IMG/VR virus record: IMGVR_UViG_3300045988_151230
Direction: 5' to 3' (one strand)
Source of the DNA: a virus
Taxonomy: Duplodnaviria; Heunggongvirae; Uroviricota; Caudoviricetes
Length of the DNA: 64,000 bases
Shown here: positions 39,240 to 49,117 of the stretch, in pieces
Numbering within the stretch: position 1 is the first letter of the stretch
Layout of the letters: each line of letters starts with the position of its first letter
Position numbers and translations under genes: made by a program
The notes under the pieces: model-generated
What the model saw: only the letters and a program-made list of their open reading frames with translations
What the model was told of the DNA's origin: nothing
Databases searched by the model: none

Positions 39240-42200
39240 TCACGACTTAATAGTTTCTGCTACGTCGGCTAATATCGCTTCTAGTCGTTCTCCCTCTTCA
39301 GGTCTGAAGTAAAGAATGTTGGGGTTAAACCCGTAAAAGACAGTAACGTCAAGGTCTGGAAGATACTCCTTCCTGCCGACCAAATCGGATGGCTTGTTTT
39401 TGTTGTTAAACAATGCCGTTGCCCGGCTGCCACACGTCAGCACATAGGTCGGACGCACCAGATTGATCTCTTCACGTATAAAGTCGGTGAACTGGCCGAT
39501 CTCGTCTTTGGTGTAGTCTTTTTCTTTGTCTTTAACCTTCTTGCAAACGCCTGTGACATAGAGATCGCCCATGCGTAAATCTCCAGCCGTCAATAGCTTG
39601 GCCTTAAAGTCGTCGTATCCGTTCTCCATAAAGTAACCGGTTCGAGCATCATTGCCGTTCGCATTGTCCAGAATGATCATGATTTTCGGCTTAATACCAA
39701 TGCTGGGGCGGATTAGTTCATCACCTAAGCCCATTTCAGCCGCCATCCGCGTCATGAGTACGTTAATCTCAGCCGAACGTTTGGGGTTCATCTCAAACGG
39801 ACGTGAGGCTTTAACTGCGTCTATGACAAGGTTTCCCATCAATTCAGCCTGGTCGCGTAGGCGCTCTGGATCAGTTGCTGGCAGACTACCTGGCTCGATG
39901 GATGCAAACGCCCCTACTTTTTGCAGCGATTCGCGCACTCGACTATTACAGGCACGTTTCTCGACAGCTTCTTCGAATTGCGCCAGTGACTCGAATTTGC
40001 CGCCAACTTTTTCTCGCGCTCTCATGATGGCTTGGCAGCCATTCTCAGAACACCCCTTCACAGCAGAGAATGGCGCATACAGCACCTGGCTGCCATCTTC
40101 AAGTGTGCGGATCTCGATTCGGTTAGATGACACGTTAACGTCTGGTGGCAATACGCGAATACCATAGGTCAGCGCATCTTTAACCAGCCCCTGGTGTTTA
40201 TCTTCGCCAAGAATAGTGAGAGCAGCAGCGAAAAACTCTGCGGGATAATGAGTTTTCAACCACATAGATTGATAACTGATTAAGGAGTAAGCAACAGAGT
40301 GTGATTTGTTGAACTGGTAGGCACCATTTTTTTCGAATGCGGTCCAGATCTCCTTCGCTTTCATCTCTGATAGCCCTGGATGTGACACTGTAACGCGTAC
40401 TGCGTTTATAGGTAATTTTGCGCCGTGCTCAAGTGCCTCTTCGACAGTTTTCAGAGTTCCGTCTTCGCATTTAAAATGTTCCGCACGGTGAATGCGCTGT
40501 GTAGTGCCATCTTCCAGCTCAACGTCTATCCAGCCAGCTTGAGCCTGAACGATGAACTTCTCGCCCATGCTCTTCATTTTTTCCATGTCTTTTTTGCCGA
40601 TCGCTTTACGAACGCCGTCAGCTTCAGCCATTGTGAAGCCAGCAAGCAATCGAGTCGCGTTCATCGTCTGTTCCTGATAGAGAATCACGCCATTTGTTTC
40701 TGCGGTAAGTTCATCAAGAACGGGGTGTAATGATTCCGGCGTCATAAAGCCTTTGGCTACAGAAACATAGTCATCCAACATGCCTGACTGAATTGGCCCC
40801 GGCCGGAAGAGCGCAGTCGTAGCAACAACCGTTTTAAAGCTCATTGGCTCAATTCCACCACCTAAATCTTTAAGCAGCTTGCGCATTGGGCCTGATTCAA
40901 GCTGGAAAACACCTTGAGTGTACCCAGCAGCAAAACCATCCAGCACCTTGCGATCTTCAAGAGAAATGGCATCAAGATTGATATCTTCACCTGTGTTCTC
41001 TTTTATGTAGCGTTTTGCACTATCGAGCAAATCGAGAGTTGCCAGACCAAGTACGTCCAGTTTAATTAGGCCCATAGCCTCGCAGTAACGCTTGTCAAAT
41101 GCGATACAACGCGCGTCACCACGGCGTTCAACCGGTGTACGTTCTGTCAGAGGAACACCTGCTACGATCATCCCTGCCGCATGTCTACCAAAGCCACGCA
41201 TAAGACTTTGTAACTTGCAGGCTGCATTGAATGCATCAGGATATTTTGTTGCGTATTTGTCGAGACTTGCCAGTTGTTCGCGCAGCTCTTCCAATGGAAG
41301 GCTATCATCCTCGACGTTCTTCAGTTCTTTTGATACCGCCATATCTGCGGACTCCACACCATAAATACGAGCGGTGTCACGTAGTGCAGAGGCCGCGCCC
41401 AGGTAGGTGAAGTTCGGAATGCCTGCAACGTAATCTTCGCCGTAGCGTTCATTCAGATACTCGATCACCTCATGGCGACGTGCCTGGCTGAAGTCCAAGT
41501 CCGCATCCGGCAAGTCGAGACGCTCAGGGTTGATGAAACGCTCAAACAGAAGACCGTGACGGATTGGGTCGACGTTGGTTATGCCTATGCACCACGCCAC
41601 CAGAGAACCGGCAGAGGAACCGCGACCAGGCCCGACAGGAATGCCAGTTTCACGGCTGTGATTCATCAGATCGCGTACCATCAGGAAGTAACCACAGAAT
41701 CCCAGGCGAGTCAGCGTGTCCATTTCGTACTTTAGCCGCTCAACATAAACCCTGTTCTCAGAAGCAGGTGGTGTGTATCCAAACTCTTTTGTGGTAAGAC
41801 GTTTACGCAGCCCTGCAACAGCCAGTTTCATCAGCGTTGCAGGTTCGTCGTCTGCCATCTTGGGCAGTGCTGGTGGCAATTCATGCCAGCGCCATGTGCA
41901 GGCATCGATAATGGAGTCCTGCGTTGTTGAGGCCATTGCAGCTGTTACCGGCACATCCATGCGAACGGAGAAGGCTTTAAGCGCCTCAAGGAGATGGCGA
42001 CGACCATTGATGGCGTTATCTCGCTGGTGGGGGATACGCAGACGATGCGGCTGGTCGATTTTTATGTTGTTCGTAACCATGTGCGCAATGTCTTTAATGT
42101 CTGCATCGTCGATCGATTCGTAATAAGCGGGATAGAACGCTACTGGCTCTATTTTCAGTGCGCTGGCGACTTTCATCGCTCGGACGTTAATCTGGTCGTA

Positions 42201-42758
42201 GAATGGGGTAGGGTGCGGATAAACCACACTATAGAAGTTGTCTTTCCCGCCCGCTGTAATCAGTGAGCTTATGATTTTTGCAAAATCGTTGCGTTGGAAC
42301 ACGCTACCGATGTCGGAAGTGAGCAGGATGATGTTGCCTTTGGCATATGTAGAAACCAACTGTTCGAGCGAGAGACGCGGTACAAAGTAGAACTGTTCTC
42401 GTGTGTTGGCCACCGTCATTAGTTCGCAGATGTCGCGATATCCTTGCTCATTTTTAATTAGAGCGGTAAACGAGTAGTTACGTCCCCGCTCTAATGATTC
42501 CATACATCTCATAGATTCTTTAGCAAGTTTAGCCCGGTGCTCGTATGTGGGATCATCAACAATGTTTAGTTTCACACCACAAATAACCGCCATGTCGTCA
42601 CCAGCGGCACGTTGTAGTGGAATAACGCTCGCAATATTCATGCTATCTGCTGAAATTACAGCGGTGTAGCCAGCTTCTCTGGCAATCTTCACCGCGTTTT
42701 CTGCTTTTAGAGCCGACTCCCCAAGTGAGAAGTCAGTTCGAACCATCAGTGCCTTCAT
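39240..42758 (-). CDS. dnaE: DNA polymerase III alpha-like replicative polymerase (DnaE family)
   Basis: 1172 aa; N-terminal PHP domain; catalytic GPGRGSSAGSLVAWCIGITNVDP...LLFERFINPERLDLPDADLDF. Confidence 0.9.
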   Translation of the reverse strand: MKALMVRTDFSLGESALKAENAVKIAREAGYTAVISADSMNIASVIPLQRAAGDDMAVICGVKLNIVDDPTYEHRAKLAKESMRCMESLERGRNYSFTALIKNEQGYRDICELMTVANTREQFYFVPRLSLEQLVSTYAKGNIILLTSDIGSVFQRNDFAKIISSLITAGGKDNFYSVVYPHPTPFYDQINVRAMKVASALKIEPVAFYPAYYESIDDADIKDIAHMVTNNIKIDQPHRLRIPHQRDNAINGRRHLLEALKAFSVRMDVPVTAAMASTTQDSIIDACTWRWHELPPALPKMADDEPATLMKLAVAGLRKRLTTKEFGYTPPASENRVYVERLKYEMDTLTRLGFCGYFLMVRDLMNHSRETGIPVGPGRGSSAGSLVAWCIGITNVDPIRHGLLFERFINPERLDLPDADLDFSQARRHEVIEYLNERYGEDYVAGIPNFTYLGAASALRDTARIYGVESADMAVSKELKNVEDDSLPLEELREQLASLDKYATKYPDAFNAACKLQSLMRGFGRHAAGMIVAGVPLTERTPVERRGDARCIAFDKRYCEAMGLIKLDVLGLATLDLLDSAKRYIKENTGEDINLDAISLEDRKVLDGFAAGYTQGVFQLESGPMRKLLKDLGGGIEPMSFKTVVATTALFRPGPIQSGMLDDYVSVAKGFMTPESLHPVLDELTAETNGVILYQEQTMNATRLLAGFTMAEADGVRKAIGKKDMEKMKSMGEKFIVQAQAGWIDVELEDGTTQRIHRAEHFKCEDGTLKTVEEALEHGAKLPINAVRVTVSHPGLSEMKAKEIWTAFEKNGAYQFNKSHSVAYSLISYQSMWLKTHYPAEFFAAALTILGEDKHQGLVKDALTYGIRVLPPDVNVSSNRIEIRTLEDGSQVLYAPFSAVKGCSENGCQAIMRAREKVGGKFESLAQFEEAVEKRACNSRVRESLQKVGAFASIEPGSLPATDPERLRDQAELMGNLVIDAVKASRPFEMNPKRSAEINVLMTRMAAEMGLGDELIRPSIGIKPKIMIILDNANGNDARTGYFMENGYDDFKAKLLTAGDLRMGDLYVTGVCKKVKDKEKDYTKDEIGQFTDFIREEINLVRPTYVLTCGSRATALFNNKNKPSDLVGRKEYLPDLDVTVFYGFNPNILYFRPEEGERLEAILADVAETIKS

Positions 42759-42938
42759 GTGTTTTTACCTTTCTGGTTTTTTTGATTTTGTCATTGGGGA
42801 AGCCTACGAACTTCCCATGCATCGAAATCGCAACTTCTTTTGCTGATTGGTGACAATCGGGCTTGTCTGGACACACCAGACAAGCCTTACCAGTTTCAGA
42901 AGCAGCGATAAGAGAGCCGAAACATCCTTTACGCACGA

Positions 42939-44174
42939 TTAACCAAATATTTTTTGAACAACTTCACGAGCCGCTTGTGCAGAAGCTGAAGGGAGTTTGT
43001 TAATGAAAGAACGCTCAATACCTGTCACAAAGTCGCCTCGCATCATTCCAATCTTGGCCGACAACAAAAGTTCACGAGGGCCAATTGGCTGACTAATGAG
43101 GTGTTCTTCGTATCCATCGCGAACGATACCGGCAAACTTAACCATCTTTTCAGCGTATTCATCCACGATGCCTGCATTTGTCAACATGTTGATCTCTGCG
43201 TCTTTGCTCATGTATTTCACATTCGAAACGATGCCAAAACGCGAAAAGTTCGCGGCGTTCTGGATGTTTGTACCCTGGTACAAGCCGGTTTCATCACCAG
43301 ATCCGTTCGTGTTGCCAGTGCCAATGAAAGCAAACCGTTCATGCGGAGTAATGCGACGCCATTCTGGAGTTGCCTCTTTGATGACCAACGCTTCACCTTC
43401 CAGCACTGGCTGATACACGCCAAGAATTTGTGGAAACGCAAAGTCGTATTCATCCGCGAGGTAAACCCAGCCATGCTTCATTGCGAGCGCAAGCAAGCCA
43501 GGTTCGAAATACGTAGAGCCATCACGCGCCAGAATTTGCCCCGTAACATGTGCCTCTTCCATTGATGCTGTATGTTGGGCACGGATCAACGGACGATTGA
43601 GCAAAGCACATAGCTGTGTAGGCAATGACGATTTGCCTGTTCCTGCATGACCCCACAAATAGCCAGGTATGCCAAGTTCAAGCATCATGAAAATATCTTT
43701 GATCAGTTCGAAGTCGCCATATACGTAGCCTTTCTTCACTTCGGGAACGAACTCTGGATACGGCGTATTGACGTTGACGCTAACCATGAGCGGCGTCCCA
43801 CGTTTTGTTCCGAGTTCTTCCACCGTTACGTTTAGCAGTTCGTGAGCTGCGACCAGATCTGTCTTGTACTCAACTGTGCCTGTGTAGCCAGGGCTACTGG
43901 TCAAGCCAGAAGATTTGGCCATTTCGCTTTTTTGCTCGGCACGTTTAGCTTGAATTGCATCAAGTGCCTTTTTCGATAGCGTTGGTTCATCTGGAAACTG
44001 CGTTGTGTACATTTTCAGTACGGTGTCAGGATCGGCATCTTTTACTGACTCAGGAATGCCCTCGCAATTACCATTGGCTACATGGGACTTAAAATAGTGA
44101 AATGATTTGCCGCACCACTTGCAAACAAGGTAATCAGAAGGATTTTTTTCATTTTGCAGTGCAGTAGTCGTCAT
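42939..44174 (-). CDS. CobS/MoxR-like AAA+ ATPase
   Basis: Walker A GHAGTGKSS, Walker B-like VYLADEYDF; N-terminal CxxC...C zinc-ribbon-like segment. Confidence 0.6.
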   Translation of the reverse strand: MTTTALQNEKNPSDYLVCKWCGKSFHYFKSHVANGNCEGIPESVKDADPDTVLKMYTTQFPDEPTLSKKALDAIQAKRAEQKSEMAKSSGLTSSPGYTGTVEYKTDLVAAHELLNVTVEELGTKRGTPLMVSVNVNTPYPEFVPEVKKGYVYGDFELIKDIFMMLELGIPGYLWGHAGTGKSSLPTQLCALLNRPLIRAQHTASMEEAHVTGQILARDGSTYFEPGLLALAMKHGWVYLADEYDFAFPQILGVYQPVLEGEALVIKEATPEWRRITPHERFAFIGTGNTNGSGDETGLYQGTNIQNAANFSRFGIVSNVKYMSKDAEINMLTNAGIVDEYAEKMVKFAGIVRDGYEEHLISQPIGPRELLLSAKIGMMRGDFVTGIERSFINKLPSASAQAAREVVQKIFG

Positions 44175-44269
44175 GCGTTTTTCCTTTGTTCTCTAATGAG
44201 CGTTCAACTTCTTATATAAATATATCATTATATATCGTAAGTGGTTACTTATCGTTAAGGCTGTTTTGT

Positions 44270-46378
44270 TCACTTTAAAATGATACGAGATAGTTCAGTA
44301 ACTACAGATGAACCAAGACTATCAACGCTCGTTACCAGGGCATGATTTGAGTAAAATCTCTCCGGTGCGTCAGTCATGATGCCAATTGCCATCAAATCAA
44401 TATCAGTCTGCGTTTCAATTTGCTTCGCAACTGAACGCAAATGAGCGTCAAAACCTCTCCCAACAGCCCACGGCGCGCCATCACTCAGAACAAGCATGAT
44501 CTTCCTGTCCTCCATGCGACCGGAAAATAACGATGCAAGGCTGGCTATGCTTTCACCATCCACGTTATTAAGAAGTGGGAATGTGTAGCCTACGCACCCC
44601 ATACGTGAGCGAACTTCGCGAGAATTTACCTTTTCATTCCAATTTTTGATGATAGGTAGCATTAAAGATTCAAAGCGAGAGAACTCATACTTGACAGCCT
44701 TAAGTTCTCCTGCCGCCATATGACTACCAAATGTAGTGAAGCCGGTGATAATGTTGGGAACATTTATTCGATCAAGGGCATCGGCGATGGTATATGCACT
44801 TGCAAGAGCCAGTTTAATCGTTATACCACTCATTGAACCTGATAAATCAATCACTTGTTGAACACAGGCGTTAACGGCTTTAGATTCTTCTTTTTTACGA
44901 AACACGCGAGCATCATTCATTGCTAATCTGTAGATACTAGAACCATGAATGCGCCCCCGACGCTGGCCCGGTATAAACTGAACTCTGTTTCTGCTTGCTA
45001 TTGCTCGCTCCAGGTCTTTTGCCAGCGTCGACGAAACACCTGACGAAAGATGCTTTTCAATATATTTGTCGAAGAGCTGGTTGCCTTCAGGAACGATGCG
45101 ATAGCGGCTGATTGGATATCCTCCCAAATCAATATCGGAGAATGTTTTAATAAGCCGTTTGATATGGGCTTCTGCCTGATCAATCGAGCCGATGAAGTCG
45201 TATGAGCGATTGTATGGCCTGTATTCGCTTTTCGAGCTTTCTGTTAACTCGCTTTTAATCGTTTCGGATAGCGCATCTTCTGTCATGCCTCCGACTTCAT
45301 CTTCCATGCTATCCAACTCCTCTAAAGCCTCTTCCAGACTCATTTTTGACGGAGTTGGGATATCTGAAGAGCCGTCTTCTGTCGTTTTTCTTTTTTCGTG
45401 GTCAGCGGTTAATGATTCTGACGCCGCGTTATCAGAAGCATCAGAATCTGATACCTCTTTATCATTTTCTGTATCATCGAATATTGTTTCTGATGATTCA
45501 GAATTATCTGAATCATCACTGTCGTTATTATCATGTTTGTACTTACTATGTGATTCTGATTTGATAGATTTGTGATTATCTAACACTGAGGGAGTCTCAT
45601 GATCTTCGTTGTCTTCATTGTTTTCTCCAGAGGCATCCGTCTGGTCAGCGTCTGAAGGATCGGAAGTTTTTCCCGGAGCTGACTCCTTACCTTTGCTTTC
45701 ACTTTCAGTGTCTTTGAGGATCTTAGCTATGGTCGCAGCCACCTTTACACAATCCTCGGTGCAAGACATGTTACGCACGGCCACATCGATACCATGTTCT
45801 TTTAATAATGAAATTGGTTTCTCAATGACAGGCCAATGTTCATCCATGAAATCTACGAACGGTGCTTGGCCATCCCAGGCTCTTACAACCGGACAGAGAA
45901 AGAAGTTTAGAAAAAGCGCGCGCTGATCTTTGCCACAATAAGCAATAGCCTCTGAAGCCTTTGGTTTAAAGACTTTTTCGATTATAAGGCGCTGAGTTGC
46001 CATCAGATTACGTCTTGTTCCGTTAAAGACCTGACCCATTTTTCGCTCGATGAACACGTCTTCTAAGGCATTCCATAGCGACCAGGAAGGAACGCGTCCT
46101 TTTTCTCTCATTTTGTTGGACACACGAATATCGGTAAACAAAATGTGAGCAACCTCATGATCGAGAAATCCGCGCACAGCATTCATCAATGCCGGTGTTG
46201 CGTTATCCGGGATTGATGGGATGTTTACGAGAATTGGCTCTCCATCATCGTTATAGCGTACATAAGCGTCGTCCCCTCGTTCTGCAACAGGGATGTTTTT
46301 ACCTGAAAGGAGAGCGACTACTCGTTTTACACTGTCACGGAAGTCCTGAACCTCTTTGATGGAACGTTTTTTAGACAT
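44270..46378 (-). CDS. vWA-domain protein (CobT-like partner) with a long acidic Ser/Asp-rich region
   Basis: MIDAS motif VIDLSGSMSG in the C-terminal vWA domain; 702 aa. Confidence 0.6.
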   Translation of the reverse strand: MSKKRSIKEVQDFRDSVKRVVALLSGKNIPVAERGDDAYVRYNDDGEPILVNIPSIPDNATPALMNAVRGFLDHEVAHILFTDIRVSNKMREKGRVPSWSLWNALEDVFIERKMGQVFNGTRRNLMATQRLIIEKVFKPKASEAIAYCGKDQRALFLNFFLCPVVRAWDGQAPFVDFMDEHWPVIEKPISLLKEHGIDVAVRNMSCTEDCVKVAATIAKILKDTESESKGKESAPGKTSDPSDADQTDASGENNEDNEDHETPSVLDNHKSIKSESHSKYKHDNNDSDDSDNSESSETIFDDTENDKEVSDSDASDNAASESLTADHEKRKTTEDGSSDIPTPSKMSLEEALEELDSMEDEVGGMTEDALSETIKSELTESSKSEYRPYNRSYDFIGSIDQAEAHIKRLIKTFSDIDLGGYPISRYRIVPEGNQLFDKYIEKHLSSGVSSTLAKDLERAIASRNRVQFIPGQRRGRIHGSSIYRLAMNDARVFRKKEESKAVNACVQQVIDLSGSMSGITIKLALASAYTIADALDRINVPNIITGFTTFGSHMAAGELKAVKYEFSRFESLMLPIIKNWNEKVNSREVRSRMGCVGYTFPLLNNVDGESIASLASLFSGRMEDRKIMLVLSDGAPWAVGRGFDAHLRSVAKQIETQTDIDLMAIGIMTDAPERFYSNHALVTSVDSLGSSVVTELSRIILK

Positions 46379-46476
46379 GGCTAATCCTTTGTTATGAAAA
46401 CAAATTATTTACTAGTGTGTTTAATGTAGCACTGCGCGAACAGGGAACTAAGCCATTCGCGCAGGGAGAAGAGGGG

Positions 46477-46689
46477 TTAACAGATTCTGACGGCTAAAGA
46501 CCCGGAGCCGATATTGAGAAGCGTGAAGCGTTTGTTGTTAAGTTCGAATATAAAGCCAGTTGTGTCATTCACACCAACCTGAATCTGCTCATTCGGTAGA
46601 TCGGTGAGGATGTCAGCTACACACTCATCAGCTAATTTCTGTACGTGTCCGATCTCAAGAGCGATTAGGCTGGAAATAGTGGTGTTCAT
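46477..46689 (-). CDS. hypothetical small protein
   Basis: 70-aa ORF. Confidence 0.35.
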   Translation of the reverse strand: MNTTISSLIALEIGHVQKLADECVADILTDLPNEQIQVGVNDTTGFIFELNNKRFTLLNIGSGSLAVRIC

Positions 46690-46939
46690 TCAATCAATCC
46701 ATTCTAACTTATACTATGGTAAGGAATACTACTAAAATTTATATCAATACTGAATACATTCATATCATATGCAAGTTAATTTTCTTACCTGTTTTGGGCT
46801 AATTTTTCTCCGTGCAATGGCCTTTAACCGGTCTTTTAAGTGCCTATCGAAAAAATGATAATAGCTTTACAACCCTAACCTTTGATGTAATATCGGTAAG
46901 CACTTACCAGAGAGAATTGAACGCGCAAAGGTTGTAACA

Positions 46940-47326
46940 ATGTCTGACAACAAGATTGAATTTATAGAAAGTCGCTATGCTGCTTTTATCGCAGGGCTGA
47001 TTGAATCCTCACCTATGAGTCAGGCCCAAATAGCCAGACTTATTGGTTATAAAAATGCCAACAACCTTTCTTTAATTAAAAGTGGCAAAATTCCTTTGCC
47101 TATCGATAAGGTTCGTCCGTTGGCGCTGGCGCTGGGTATTGAGCCAAGTCGTCTTATGATGATGGTGCTGGAAGAACGCCAACCTGAACTCGCAGCATTT
47201 TTATACAAAGAAGGCACCGCTCCTCTTAACGAGGACGAAAAACAGGTTCTTGCTGCATATAACGAGCGATTCGGTAAAGAGAAAGGCGCATCACAAAAGG
47301 TTGTTGAGGCCATAAAGTCTCTATGA
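46940..47326 (+). CDS. helix-turn-helix DNA-binding protein, candidate regulator
   Basis: MSQAQIARLIGYKNANNLSLIKSG helix-turn-helix-like segment; candidate promoter TTTACA-16 bp-TAATAT with a GGTAAGcacTTACC palindrome upstream. Confidence 0.5.
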   Translation: MSDNKIEFIESRYAAFIAGLIESSPMSQAQIARLIGYKNANNLSLIKSGKIPLPIDKVRPLALALGIEPSRLMMMVLEERQPELAAFLYKEGTAPLNEDEKQVLAAYNERFGKEKGASQKVVEAIKSL

Positions 47327-48424
47327 AAAATTTACACGAATAAGCTCTGTTGATAGACGATCTCCCTTGAATTTGTGGTCAATTTCGTCTAAATCCGGTT
47401 GCTCTACGATTGATGCGATGTACGTCGAGAAACTTTCTAAGGCGTCTCGCATCTCGTCCATATAATCGTGCCGGTCGTAGACTCGATCTATCCCCTCAAG
47501 ACTGTGGTTCATGATTTTGCGTGATACCTCCTGGCTTATGCCTAATGCTGGGAAGTAACTACGCGCAGTACGGCGCAAGTCTCGGGGTGTAAATGGCTCA
47601 AGCTCCATCAGTTCTGGTCGTTCCAGGATACGACGTAATGCCTGGGCTATTGCCACTTTAGACATAGGAAGGTCTTTCCCGATTTTTTTATTCGAAGGCA
47701 CGAGCCACTGGCTGCCTTTACCGTATTCGAACAACTCTTCAATACATGTGCGCATTAATGTGCTTAAAGGCAGCGAATGCTCACGGGCAGATTTGTTCCT
47801 CTTGCCTTGATTCCAAACCCCACGCTTAAGATTGAACTCACTTTTTTTAGCCCGCAGTACTTCGTCAGGTCGTCTTGCGGATACAAGACACAGCCTGGCC
47901 GCCCATTTTGTACCAGCGCACACATTGAAGTAGTCCCATATATTCCAGAACACCCATACCTCTGCGTCGGTCAGCTTCCGCTCGCGAGGTGTGGGCTTTG
48001 CGCCACCGGCAACTTTGTTTAGTGACATATCGTTTAACGGTGACACGTCTATCATCCCCTGGAAGGCGCACCAGCTAAGGAACTGCTTCATCAGAGAGAA
48101 AACGCGGCGGCCCATAACAATTTTGCCATCCAGTATTAGTGGGTTGACCAGTTGGTTCACCATGAACCTATTAATGTCACTTACTTTTACATCGGCAATG
48201 TGCGGCAAAACATGTATCAAAATACAATGAACAGCGATCTCTGGCCGACGTCTTGTTATCAGCAGAGATAAGCGAGTGAATAACATGAATGCGTCCGAGA
48301 ATCTCATGTCATTGCTGACCTGCGAGATCATAACGGCCTGCATTTGAGATGCTCTTTCGAGATACTCAATCGCCTCTTTTGAGGTGTTCTCCGCAGCGCG
48401 TGCTCTGTCAAAGCTATTTTTCAT
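47321..48424 (-). CDS. tyrosine site-specific recombinase / integrase
   Basis: C-terminal catalytic region with R (LRRTARS), H (MNHS) and Y (YDRHDY). Confidence 0.8.
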   Translation of the reverse strand: MKNSFDRARAAENTSKEAIEYLERASQMQAVMISQVSNDMRFSDAFMLFTRLSLLITRRRPEIAVHCILIHVLPHIADVKVSDINRFMVNQLVNPLILDGKIVMGRRVFSLMKQFLSWCAFQGMIDVSPLNDMSLNKVAGGAKPTPRERKLTDAEVWVFWNIWDYFNVCAGTKWAARLCLVSARRPDEVLRAKKSEFNLKRGVWNQGKRNKSAREHSLPLSTLMRTCIEELFEYGKGSQWLVPSNKKIGKDLPMSKVAIAQALRRILERPELMELEPFTPRDLRRTARSYFPALGISQEVSRKIMNHSLEGIDRVYDRHDYMDEMRDALESFSTYIASIVEQPDLDEIDHKFKGDRLSTELIRVNFS

Positions 48425-48451
48425 ATGACAATCACCGAGTTACGCCGATTC

Positions 48452-48470
48452 ACTGTATAAGTAAACAGTA
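48452..48470. promoter_or_regulatory. LexA-box-like palindrome ACTGTATAAGTAAACAGTA
   Basis: CTGT-N8-ACAG with AT-rich spacer, 28 bp upstream of the recombinase start. Confidence 0.4.
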
Positions 48471-48522
48471 TATTAGGCATAGATTCTTATAGGATCAAGA
48501 GTAAAAGTAACTCATTTTCAGT

Positions 48523-48555
48523 AATGATTCCATACATAGTAGGTATGGAATCATT
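48523..48555. repeat. lox-like site: 13-bp perfect inverted arms AATGATTCCATAC / GTATGGAATCATT around a 7-bp spacer
   Basis: Same 13-7-13 geometry as a Cre/lox-type site, about 100 bp upstream of the recombinase; single arms recur at 51542 and 52555. Confidence 0.45.
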
Positions 48556-48634
48556 TAGACGTTGTTTTTTGAATTTTAAGGGAAACAGGAGTGAGTTTGG
48601 TGGGAATAAAAACGGCTCTTGTGAGCCGTTTAAA

Positions 48635-48883
48635 TCAGAGGGTGCTGACGTATGCAGCCAGTTCTGTGTATCCGCCAATCGGTTGGCCATTGATCAGTAC
48701 CTGGGGGATAGTCTCTACCGGTTTACCAACAATTTCACTAAGTTTTTCCTTGTCGATACCGGCAGTGGTGATGTCGATGTACTCATAATCACCGTAGCCA
48801 TGTCCCTTTAGTTGCTTCGCCAGCTCGACCGCACGTTTGCAGTATGAACAGTTATCTCGTCCGTAGATAACGACTTTCATCAC
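48635..48883 (-). CDS. glutaredoxin / NrdH-like redoxin
   Basis: 82 aa with the CSYC active site in VVIYGRDNCSYCKRA. Confidence 0.75.
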   Translation of the reverse strand: MMKVVIYGRDNCSYCKRAVELAKQLKGHGYGDYEYIDITTAGIDKEKLSEIVGKPVETIPQVLINGQPIGGYTELAAYVSTL

Positions 48884-49047
48884 TTCACCTCGTGCAACTG
48901 CTGTTCATTAACGATGATTGTGCCAATTTCGCAGTAGTGGATACATGGTTTTGACTTCAGTGCCTGATGAGCTGCGCGACGCGCCTGTTTACGTTTGTTT
49001 CCCATATTGAGTCCTTTTAAGTGAATAATGAAAGAACTATACCGACA

Positions 49048-49075
49048 AATAATAGGTAAGTCATTACCTATTATT
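49048..49075. repeat. AT-rich palindrome AATAATAGGTAA-gtca-TTACCTATTATT
   Basis: 12-bp perfect inverted arms in the intergenic region. Confidence 0.45.
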
Positions 49076-49117
49076 TGTGCATTATCCCTCTACATAGTAG
49101 AGGGATATCGTCATGAC

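Noticed and set aside
39652-40167. Plus-strand 171-aa ORF and other long plus-strand ORFs inside dnaE, the vWA gene and the ligase gene
   Set aside because: They are antisense to genes with strong motif support; long antisense ORFs are expected in long coding regions.
48880-49005. 41-aa ORF with a CIHYC motif upstream of the glutaredoxin gene
   Set aside because: Too short and motif-poor to call; only a stop/start overlap with the redoxin gene supports it.
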